Shown here: piece by piece, positions 7,622-15,034 of the stretch
Position numbering within the stretch: position 1 is the stretch's first letter
How the letters are laid out: each line of letters starts with the position of its first letter
Assembly: GCA_046757525.1 (NCBI GenBank)
Contig: JBHHYI010000093.1
Location: forward strand, 1-16,057
Reading direction: 5' to 3'
Origin: a bacterium
GTDB lineage: Bacteria; Zhuqueibacterota; Zhuqueibacteria; Oceanimicrobiales; Oceanimicrobiaceae
DNA: 16,057 nucleotides
Notes under the pieces: generated by a model
The model's database searches: none
Told to the model about the DNA's origin: nothing
Seen by the model: only the letters and a program-made list of their open reading frames with translations
Position numbers and translations under genes: made by a program

Positions 7622-7934
7622 CAGTGTTTACTGCTTGAATTGAAAAGGGCAGGACTGAAGGCCGAAGCACAGCGTTCTATGCGGGTCTATTACGAGGATG
7701 AGGTTGTGGGAGAGTTTTGATTGTAGAGGATGCGATAATTCTGGAGTTAAAATCGGTTCGACGAGTGGTTAAGGCACATCCGTCAGGGGCCGGATTCAAC
7801 TGGTAAACTATTTGACAGCCACGCGCAAAGACGTGGGTCTCATTATCAACTTTGCTGAGCGAGAAGTTGAGATAAAAAGACCAGTCAAAGGCCCGGCTCC
7901 TGACGGGAAAGTCAGAGAATTAGCAGAGGGTTGA
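7622..7934 (+). pseudogene. GxxExxY-family (PD-(D/E)xK-like) protein pseudogene
   Basis: Joining across frameshifts gives QCLLLELKRAGLKAEAQRSMRVYYEDEVVGEF / LIVEDAIILELKSVRRVVKAH / IQLVNYLTATRKDVGLIINFAEREVEIKR[PVKGPAPDG]KVRELAEG*. The 5' end with the GxxExxY motif is missing. There is a small deletion near 7717 and insertions at 7780-7793 and 7881-7907. It is not in the ORF track. Confidence 0.85.
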
Positions 7935-7953
7935 TCGAGTTTATGACTCCACT

Positions 7954-7997
7954 GATAAACAGGATCTCTTAAATCTTGTTTATCCTGTTATCCTGTC
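7954..7997. repeat. ATCCTGT-type short tandem/inverted repeats downstream of the GxxExxY gene
   Basis: GATAAACAGGAT 7954-7965 is inverted against ATCTTGTTTATC 7973-7984 (one G-T pair). Tandem units: ATCTTGTTT, ATCCTGTT (7982-7989), ATCCTGTC (7990-7997). Confidence 0.7.
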
Positions 7998-8138
7998 TAA
8001 AAAAAGAATGGCTAAGAAAAGAAAATGATATAATACGTCATCGTACTTAGGAAATGATGTACTTCGAGTCACCCATGTTGATTGCTTTTGACAAAATCCA
8101 AATCTCACATTCATTCTAAAACGACTATGGAGCGAAAA

Positions 8139-9374
8139 GTGCCTGAGACTAAATTTCCCAAGATTCGATTTGTAGAAGCCTTTCCCGTAGAAACCAACCA
8201 AGGCAAAATGATTGGTTTGCGGGATCCCAGCGGCATTGCCACCGACCCCTTGCTGCTTGCGCCAGACCTATTCTACCTCTTGCAGTATTTTGACGGCCAA
8301 CATTCAGTAGTAGATTTGCGTTATGAGTACCTGCACGCTTTTGGCGATTTTGTTTACGAAGACCTGCTGTCGCAGTTTATCTTGCATTTGGACACCCATC
8401 TCTATTTAGACAACGCTAAATTTCAAGCCAAATTGCAACAGCTCGAGCAAGAAATCCTCGAACAGCCCGTGCGCCCGGCTGCGCATGCAGGCACGAGTTA
8501 TGCGGCAGACCCAACCAAACTGAAAGAACAAATTGCAGGCTTTTTCAGACGCGCGGGCGGCGTAGGACTGCCTGAGTTAAACCACCACCAGAAAGAAATC
8601 CGGGGGCTCATCGCGCCGCACATTGATTTGCGAGCCGGCGGTGCGTGTTACGCGCACGCCTACAAAGAACTGGCCGAATCAACCGGGGCAGAATGTTTCG
8701 TCATCTTGGGCACCGGCCATTCCGGACTGACGAACTTGTATTCGGTATTGCCAAAAGATTTCGAAACCCCGTTTGGGAAGGCAGAATGTGATTTGGGTTT
8801 TATAAATGAATTGAACCGTAATTACGACGGCGTCTTCGAATCAGAAGTATTGCCCCACAAGTCGGAGCACACCATAGAATTTCAGCTTTTGTTCTTACAG
8901 TACCTGCTCCAGGGGCGAAAGAGATTTACGTTCGTCCCGATTCTTTGTTCCTTCTCATACCATCAATTAGACGGGGAACAATTTCCGCGGGAAGCTGAAA
9001 TAGCAAAAAAGTTCTCCTCGGCATTGAAAAAGACGGTGGCGAATTTCCACAAAAAGGTGTGCCTCATTGCAAGCGTAGATATGTCGCACGTAGGGCCGCG
9101 ATATGGGGACGAGCGGGCACCGGACCAGGCCTTTTTGTCGAAAGTAAAACAGGCAGACCAGACTTTGCTGCACCACGTTGAAGCAGTCGACGGGCCTGCT
9201 TTTTACGACTGCATCAAAGAGTACGAAGACCGCTACCGAGTGTGTGGATTTTCGCCCATCTACACGCTTCTGCAAGCGATCGAGGCCAAACAGGGGAAAC
9301 TGCTGAACTACGCCAGCGCCGCGGTAGACTCGCACCATTCCACGGTCACCTTTGCCAGCCTGGTTCTTGGTTAA
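8139..9374 (+). CDS. AmmeMemoRadiSam system protein B (MEMO1 family) with N-terminal extension
   Basis: VRPAAHAGTSY, LIAPHID, ILGTGH, FETPFG, HKSEHTIEFQL, IASVDMSHVGPRYGD and RVCGFSPI. The start is probably GTG 8139 (GGAG at 8129-8132) or ATG 8127 rather than TTG 8082. TTGACA at 8088-8093 upstream. Confidence 0.9.
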   Translation: MPETKFPKIRFVEAFPVETNQGKMIGLRDPSGIATDPLLLAPDLFYLLQYFDGQHSVVDLRYEYLHAFGDFVYEDLLSQFILHLDTHLYLDNAKFQAKLQQLEQEILEQPVRPAAHAGTSYAADPTKLKEQIAGFFRRAGGVGLPELNHHQKEIRGLIAPHIDLRAGGACYAHAYKELAESTGAECFVILGTGHSGLTNLYSVLPKDFETPFGKAECDLGFINELNRNYDGVFESEVLPHKSEHTIEFQLLFLQYLLQGRKRFTFVPILCSFSYHQLDGEQFPREAEIAKKFSSALKKTVANFHKKVCLIASVDMSHVGPRYGDERAPDQAFLSKVKQADQTLLHHVEAVDGPAFYDCIKEYEDRYRVCGFSPIYTLLQAIEAKQGKLLNYASAAVDSHHSTVTFASLVLG

Positions 9375-9620
9375 AAGTCGCGTCCGATCTTGCTGATTTC
9401 TACGGCGGCTTTGTCGCTGCCACACCAATAGGCTTAGATTCTGGTCAGCGCTGCGTGGTCAGAATGTTCTGAGTACTGGAACTGGGCGAGATCGCCAGCC
9501 TTCTCGACGTTCAATCTTACGAGCTGTTGCCTTCTTATCCTGTCCATTTTCTCACCGAAACCAGCCGCCTTTAATTTGGCTGAAACCAGCAAGGGATTGG
9601 CGTTGCGGGCGTAGAAATGT

Positions 9621-10418
9621 CTATTTCCCGCGAAATTCCGGCTCGCGTTTTTCAACGAATGCCTTCACACCTTCGACAAAATCCGGGCTCTGCCGGGCGA
9701 TTTGGATTTGCGTGGCTCTTTCTAACTCCGCCTGGGACTCGAAGTCGTGGTGGTAGGACTGCTGCAAGAGCATCTTGATTTTGCCAATGGCATAGGTAGG
9801 TGCGTGGGCTAATCGGTTTGCCAGGTTGCGCGTCTCCTGGACCAGTTGTTCGTCCTGGACGACTTTGTTCACGATTCCAAGGCGTCCGGCTTCTTCAGCG
9901 TCGATTAAAGCGCCGGTAAAAAACAGCTCGGCGGCTTTGGCCAAACCGACGATTCTCGGCAAAAGGTAGGTGCCGCCGGTGTCCGGCACCAGACCGATAT
10001 TGATGAACGCCTGGTTGAACTTCGTGGAATGCGCCGCTATGCGAATGTCGCAACAGAGGGCCAGATTGAACCCGGCACCGCTGGCAAATCCGTGAATGGC
10101 CGCAAGCACGGGTTTGGGCAAGTTGCGAATGGCCTGGGCCAATCGATTCAAGTGTTTCAGCGGCTCTCCGAAGAATCTGGCGGGCTCGCCCTGCTTCAAA
10201 GCTTCTTGCATGTACTTGATGTCGCCGCCAGCGCAAAATGCTTTGCCTGCGCCGGAAACAACCACGACCCGGATGGCGTCATCCTCGGCTGCACGGTCGA
10301 TAGCCTCCTGTATCTCCCGAATCATGGCGTCGTTGAAAGCGTTCATCCGCTCCGGACGGTTGAGCGTTAAATGCGCAACATTTTTTTTTACCTCGAACAA
10401 AATCGTTTCGTAGTCCAT
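9621..10418 (-). CDS. Enoyl-CoA hydratase/isomerase (crotonase family, PaaG-like)
   Basis: LTLNRPERMNA, GKAFCAGGD, KPVLAAIHGFASGAGFNLALCCD, IGLVPDTGG (PaaG-type Asp) and EGVKAFVEKREPEF. GGAGG RBS on the minus strand. Confidence 0.92.
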   Translation of the reverse strand: MDYETILFEVKKNVAHLTLNRPERMNAFNDAMIREIQEAIDRAAEDDAIRVVVVSGAGKAFCAGGDIKYMQEALKQGEPARFFGEPLKHLNRLAQAIRNLPKPVLAAIHGFASGAGFNLALCCDIRIAAHSTKFNQAFINIGLVPDTGGTYLLPRIVGLAKAAELFFTGALIDAEEAGRLGIVNKVVQDEQLVQETRNLANRLAHAPTYAIGKIKMLLQQSYHHDFESQAELERATQIQIARQSPDFVEGVKAFVEKREPEFRGK

Positions 10419-10441
10419 TGGGTCCTCCCTAATTTGCTTTT

Positions 10442-10594
10442 TGACGTCAACTTAAGCCCCCAAACTGTCATTTCAAGTCAGGCGGCTGCCTGACTGGTTT
10501 GTGCCTAAATCAGACCCCTCGACTACGTCCGGAAACTGCCGGACTCCGCTCGGGGTGACAGTAGGGTGGTTAGACGCCCCTTAAGTTGACGCCA
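10442..10594. mobile_element. MITE/REP-like non-autonomous element with terminal inverted repeats
   Basis: CGTCAACTTAAG 10445-10456/CTTAAGTTGACG 10580-10591 (perfect 12 bp; 14/15 extended). Inner inverted repeat ACTGTCA 10464-10470/TGACAGT 10556-10562. Internal hairpins AGTCAGGC/GCCTGACT 10476-10495 and GTCCGG/CCGGAC 10527-10544. Confidence 0.75.
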
Positions 10595-10723
10595 GGACGA
10601 ATTTTCTGGAATCGTGCAGTAGGTACTGCCGGCTGAAAAGAGAATTGAATCTGGTTTTCTGAGCGTTGGTCCCTCGAATCTGTTCGGCCACCCCGCCTTG
10701 ATTCGATGAACCTCGAACTCAGG

Positions 10724-11647
10724 CTACAACCAACGAGTTGAGTTGCCGCGATCTTTCAGAAATGCCAGTGCCTCTGGTAGATTGGGAATCATAGCCCTGC
10801 CGCCAAGACCGCGACACTTTAGAGCGGCTACCGCTGACGCAAATTCGAGCACCTTGTCCAGCGGCCAACCTCTGCTCAAGCCTGCCATGAAAGCGCCGTG
10901 GAACACATCGCCGGCACCCGTGGTGTCCACCACCGGCACCTGAAAAGCTGGTTGGTACATGCTGCTTGAAGACGAACTGCAAAAAGCGCCTCTTTCACCT
11001 GCAGTAACCACCACGACGCCACCATATTTTTGTCGAAGCAATTTGGCTCCCATCTCAGGATCGTTTTCTCCCGTTTGTTCAAGAGCAAACTTGTGAGAAG
11101 CGATGATGAAATCAGCCGTCCGCAAAATGTCCTCAAAGTCGGCTTCAGCCCGCTCCACATCGACCACCACACAACCGCCAGAGGTGTGAATCCATTGAGC
11201 TGCCTGGATGCCAGCTTGTATGAAAAAGTGATCTAAGAACAGGATGCGACTGTTGTCGACCAGAGAGCGATTCAGTTCCACGGCCTTTAACTCGAACGGC
11301 TTCCAAAACCAGGTAATACGCCTGTCGCCGCTGCACTTCTGCACGTGGATGAACGAAAGGGGTGGTTGCGTGCCGTGCTGCCGAATTGTGTGTTGCACGT
11401 CGACTCCGTCTTTTCGGAATTCATCCAATAAAAACCGACTGTGTTCATCGTAACCCAGCTTGCCAAGGTAAGCAACATTTGCCCCCAGTTTAGCCGCCGC
11501 GCCTAAAGCGGTGCCGGTCAAACCACCCCCTTGCCTGGAGAATGCCTGCATTTGCACCTTCTGACTGGCCTCGGGATATTCGGCCACCAATCCGAGGAAA
11601 TCCACCGTGCAAATGCCAAAGCCGACGATATCGAATTGTGCAGACAT
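10724..11647 (-). CDS. PfkB/ribokinase-family carbohydrate kinase
   Basis: GGGLTGTALGAAAKLG...LGKLGYD, VVTAGERGA and the PfkB signature VVDTTGAGDVFHGAF. Confidence 0.93.
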   Translation of the reverse strand: MSAQFDIVGFGICTVDFLGLVAEYPEASQKVQMQAFSRQGGGLTGTALGAAAKLGANVAYLGKLGYDEHSRFLLDEFRKDGVDVQHTIRQHGTQPPLSFIHVQKCSGDRRITWFWKPFELKAVELNRSLVDNSRILFLDHFFIQAGIQAAQWIHTSGGCVVVDVERAEADFEDILRTADFIIASHKFALEQTGENDPEMGAKLLRQKYGGVVVVTAGERGAFCSSSSSSMYQPAFQVPVVDTTGAGDVFHGAFMAGLSRGWPLDKVLEFASAVAALKCRGLGGRAMIPNLPEALAFLKDRGNSTRWL

Positions 11648-11775
11648 GAGTAAGTCAAGATGGATTCAAACTGAGGGCAACATAGGTTCTGTATTGAACT
11701 GTGTGGGTGACAGACGGATAAATCTTCAGTTTTCAACCGCAAGGTACACTATGGAAAACGCAACGAACGTTCAAA

Positions 11776-11829
11776 TTATTCAAATTCGAAAAATGAATCA
11801 AAACGTTTCGATTGTAAGCCCTCTTTCAA
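11776..11829 (-). pseudogene. Probable C-terminal remnant of a PIN-domain toxin
   Basis: A TTG overlapping the upstream stop (TTGA) opens (M/L)KEGLQSKRFDSFFEFE*. This resembles the tail of PIN proteins that end WTGDKKLKxGLxxKGFxxFF (recalled pattern, not searched). Confidence 0.5.
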
Positions 11830-12047
11830 TACTTGTTCCTTTTAAGGAGTTTATCTTTGTTCTTTTGCCACCATTCCTGCTTTATTTCTTCTGATAATTC
11901 CCACGCTTGTTCTTCCGTAAGCTGACTTTTCTCGACGATTGCCTCTAAACGCAACCTTTCGAGGAATGCTTGCACATAACCAGAAGACACCAACTGTTTT
12001 GGAAATCTTAGAATGGCTTCATCATCTTTAAAGGTAATTTGAACCAT
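11826..12047 (-). CDS. Small hypothetical protein, probable type II antitoxin
   Basis: 73 aa with a GGTGG RBS in an AT-rich context. The KSQLTEEQAWELSEEIKQEWWQKNK pattern resembles small partners of PIN toxins. TTGA overlap with the downstream remnant. Confidence 0.6.
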   Translation of the reverse strand: MVQITFKDDEAILRFPKQLVSSGYVQAFLERLRLEAIVEKSQLTEEQAWELSEEIKQEWWQKNKDKLLKRNKY

Positions 12048-12276
12048 TTAGCACCACCATCGTTTGAGTTCAGCATTATTGCAAAGTTGATTTCTTTAAA
12101 TTTATTGGGTTTTTGGATAAATTGCAAGTACAATATGTTTTGTGAGATCCTGACTACAAGGATTGGATTATTAGCGTGCTGACAATTCATCCAAAGACTT
12201 CAGTGTGAGAAATTTGCTATTCCAAATAGAATTTGTTATTTTCCGTCAAAAACAATTTAGGGAAAAAGGGAGCAAA

Positions 12277-12831
12277 ATGCAAATTCAAATCAACAACAAA
12301 ACTTTAGAACTGGTCGAGGGGGATATCACAGAAGAAAGCACGGACGCCATCGTCAACGCAGCGAACTCTTCTTTAATCCTGGGGGCCGGGGTAGCCGGCG
12401 CCATCCGCAGCAAAGGTGGGCCAACGATCCAGCAGGCGTGCAACGAAATCGGCGGTTGTCCGGTTGGCGGTGCGGTGATTACTACTGGCGGCAGCCTGCG
12501 AGCGAAATGGGTCATTCATGCGGTTGGGCCACGCATGGGCGAAGGCGACGAAGAGGAGAAATTAAGAAACGCAACCTTGAACAGTCTTCGAGTCGCCGAC
12601 GAAAACAATCTAACGAGCATTGCCTTTCCCGCGATCAGCACCGGTATATTTGGATTCCCGCTAAAACGCTGTTCCGAGATCATGCTTGCAACGGCCATCG
12701 ATTACTTGCGAGGCGACACTGCCCTGGAGAAGATCGTGTTTTGTTTGTTCGGCCAGCAGGCATTTAACACATTCAAGGAAACATTGGACAGTCTCAATCC
12801 TCCGGGAGCAGCAGACGCAACACAGGCATGA
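12277..12831 (+). CDS. Macrodomain protein (O-acetyl-ADP-ribose deacetylase/ADP-ribosylhydrolase, YmdB-like)
   Basis: GDITEESTDAIVNAANSSLILGAGVAGAI, VIHAVGP and IAFPAISTGIFGFP. ATG 12277 with a GGGAG RBS is preferred over GTG 12205. Confidence 0.93.
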   Translation: MQIQINNKTLELVEGDITEESTDAIVNAANSSLILGAGVAGAIRSKGGPTIQQACNEIGGCPVGGAVITTGGSLRAKWVIHAVGPRMGEGDEEEKLRNATLNSLRVADENNLTSIAFPAISTGIFGFPLKRCSEIMLATAIDYLRGDTALEKIVFCLFGQQAFNTFKETLDSLNPPGAADATQA

Positions 12832-13624
12832 GGAAGAGCATTTTCACCTTGGTCGTCAGATACTTGCTCTTGTTGAAATGCCTGAGCACTTTCAGGTAGC
12901 TGTTTAGAATCGGCTCCAGGTCTTGCAGGGACTGCGGCATCAGTTCCAGATTTATGGTTTCACGGTACTTCAGGCTTCGTAACTTCTTCAAGAAGTTGGC
13001 GATGGGGAGAATTCCGCCAGAGTCGAAAGGGAGGTGCAGGTCTTCAGAAGGGCCGCAGTCGGAGAGGTGAATGCACTTTACCTCGCCGTTCAATTCGCTG
13101 AACCAGGCGTCGATGTCCTCGCCACTGAGGTAACAGTGGGCGGCGTCAAAGCAAAGTCCCAACAACTTATCCCCAAGCTTTTCTTTAGCCTCCCGGTACA
13201 TGATGTCAAATTCTCGCTTGCCCCAGGTTGGCACGTTTTCGAGCACGATGGGCGGCTGCAGTTTGGCTAAATTGTCCAGCAAGAAGGGCATGGAGGTTTC
13301 TACTTCAACGTCAATCGCTTTCGGTTCCGGTGGGTGTGCCACGCAGTAGTGGATGTTTAACTCGCGCCAATTCGAATTGATCTGCGCAATCAGGTCGTCA
13401 ATCTTGTCCTGGCATTGGAGGCAGGAAAAATCAAATTTGTCCAATTCGAGCACCGGCAGATGAAACCCGGCGGTGAGGGTTTTTATTTGTTTCTTAACAC
13501 GGACTAAATCTTCAAAGACGGACCTGGTGATCTCTACGTGCGTCAGGCCAAACTTTCTGGCCAGGCCCAATAAGATCGAGGGCTCAATGCCTTTGTATTT
13601 GTCAACAGACAATCCAATTTGCAT
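12794..13624 (-). CDS. Sugar phosphate isomerase/epimerase family (AP endonuclease 2 / xylose isomerase-like TIM barrel)
   Basis: Metal-binding pattern GFHLP, VAHPP, VLENVP, CFDAAHCY, IHLSD...DLHLP and INLEL. The start is probably ATG 13624 (alternative TTG 13657). Confidence 0.82.
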   Translation of the reverse strand: MQIGLSVDKYKGIEPSILLGLARKFGLTHVEITRSVFEDLVRVKKQIKTLTAGFHLPVLELDKFDFSCLQCQDKIDDLIAQINSNWRELNIHYCVAHPPEPKAIDVEVETSMPFLLDNLAKLQPPIVLENVPTWGKREFDIMYREAKEKLGDKLLGLCFDAAHCYLSGEDIDAWFSELNGEVKCIHLSDCGPSEDLHLPFDSGGILPIANFLKKLRSLKYRETINLELMPQSLQDLEPILNSYLKVLRHFNKSKYLTTKVKMLFLMPVLRLLLPED

Positions 13625-13777
13625 GGTTAACTCTAATAGTCGTCCAGAATGGCGCAATCTTTACTCTAACATTTGGTTGGGAAGAATGAGCGACAGATTG
13701 ATAACTCACGATAGCAACAAAATGTTTCAAGCAGGCGTTTATAATTCAGTTTCTTGCACCATGAAATATGGAGCCGC

Positions 13778-15034
13778 TCACTCGCGGATCTGCCCACTGC
13801 CAGAGATTACGTATTTGTAGGTCGTCAACTCTTCCAGGCCCATGGGACCGCGCGCGTGCAGCTTGTCGGTGCTGATGCCCATTTCTGCGCCCATGCCGAA
13901 TTCGCCGCCATCGGTAAACCGGGTAGAAGCATTGATGTACACCGTGGCTGAGTCCACTTCTTGCGCAAACCTCTTTTGAGCGGATTCAGCTTTCGCCACG
14001 ATGGCGTCGGAGTGGTGGGATCCGTAAGTGTTGATGTGTTCGATGGCAGCTCTAAGGTCCGGCACCACCCGCACAGCCAAAATCAAATCCAAATACTCAG
14101 CCGACCAGTCCGCTTCCGTGGCCGCCTTCATGGCCGGGACGATCGCCCGGGCCGTGTCGTCGCCGCGCAATTCTACTTTGCTGGCGTGCAGTTGTTCAGC
14201 CAATTGAGGCAGAAAAGTCTTGGCAATCCTTTCGTGTACCAGCAGCGTTTCCATGGCATTGCACACGCCTGGCCGCTGACACTTGGCGTTCTCGCAAATA
14301 GCCAGTGCTTGCTCGAGATCGGCGGTCTCATCTACGTACGTGTGGCAGACACCTTTGTAATGCTTGATTACGGGCACCCGGGCCATACCGGCCACGGCCC
14401 GGATGAGACCTTCACCTCCGCGCGGGATGATCAAGTCCACGCGACCTTCCAATTGCACCAATTCCCGCACCGCTTCGCGATCGGTGGTCTGCACCAATTG
14501 GATGGCGTGTTCCGGCAGCCCTTTCTTGTGTCCGCCCACCTGCAAGGCCTGAACAATGGCTTTGTTGCTGTTAATGGACTCTTTGCCGCCGCGCAGAATC
14601 ACGGCATTGGAGGATTTGAGGCACAGCGACGAAGTGTCGGCAGTAACATTGGGCCGCGATTCGTAGATGATGCCGATGACGCCGATGGGCACCCGCACCT
14701 TCTGGATTTCCAGTCCGTTTGGCCTGGTCTGCTTGCTGATGACCTCCCCAACCGGATCTTTCAGAACGGCCACCTGGTGCAGGCCCCGCACCATATTGTC
14801 GATGCGGGCATCGGTCAAGGCCAATCTGTCTAACAGGGCCCTGGAGAGGCCGTTTTGTTCGCCTGCTTGTAAATCTTGAACATTGGCGATTTTTATTTTA
14901 TCTCGTCTGGCTTCCAATTCGTCGGCCATGGCACGTAGAATGTCGTTCTTGTCGGCGGTGTTCAACAGGGCGAGAGCCCGTGCTGCTTCGACCGCTTGAT
15001 CCCCAATACGTAACATTTCCTGGTGCAAGCTCAT
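13778..15034 (-). CDS. proA: Gamma-glutamyl phosphate reductase (glutamate-5-semialdehyde dehydrogenase)
   Basis: VPIGVIGIIYESRPNVT, LRGGKE, IIPRGGEGLI, KCQRPGVCNAMETLL and NASTRFTDGGEFGMGAEMGISTDKLHARGPMGL. ATGA overlap with the proB stop. Confidence 0.98.
   Translation of the reverse strand: MSLHQEMLRIGDQAVEAARALALLNTADKNDILRAMADELEARRDKIKIANVQDLQAGEQNGLSRALLDRLALTDARIDNMVRGLHQVAVLKDPVGEVISKQTRPNGLEIQKVRVPIGVIGIIYESRPNVTADTSSLCLKSSNAVILRGGKESINSNKAIVQALQVGGHKKGLPEHAIQLVQTTDREAVRELVQLEGRVDLIIPRGGEGLIRAVAGMARVPVIKHYKGVCHTYVDETADLEQALAICENAKCQRPGVCNAMETLLVHERIAKTFLPQLAEQLHASKVELRGDDTARAIVPAMKAATEADWSAEYLDLILAVRVVPDLRAAIEHINTYGSHHSDAIVAKAESAQKRFAQEVDSATVYINASTRFTDGGEFGMGAEMGISTDKLHARGPMGLEELTTYKYVISGSGQIRE

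Noticed and set aside
7794..7892. Invertible segment between the 14-bp inverted repeats
   Set aside because: The interior reads in the same orientation as the flanking GxxExxY fragments, and no recombinase gene is nearby.
9396..9618. ATTTCTAC...GTAGA resemblance to a Cas12a repeat stem / CRISPR
   Set aside because: The halves are over 200 bp apart, there is no repeat-spacer periodicity, and there are no cas genes in the window.
10960..10977. Poly-Ser run in the PfkB kinase as a possible slippage repeat
   Set aside because: It is encoded by mixed codons (AGT TCG TCT TCA AGC AGC), so it is not a nucleotide tandem repeat.
11826..12831. Macrodomain plus small ORF as a DarTG-like ADP-ribosylation TA system
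   Set aside because: The genes are divergent, no ADP-ribosyltransferase is present, and the macrodomain is a stand-alone YmdB-like type.
13961..14833. 290-aa plus-strand ORF
   Set aside because: Antisense shadow of proA.
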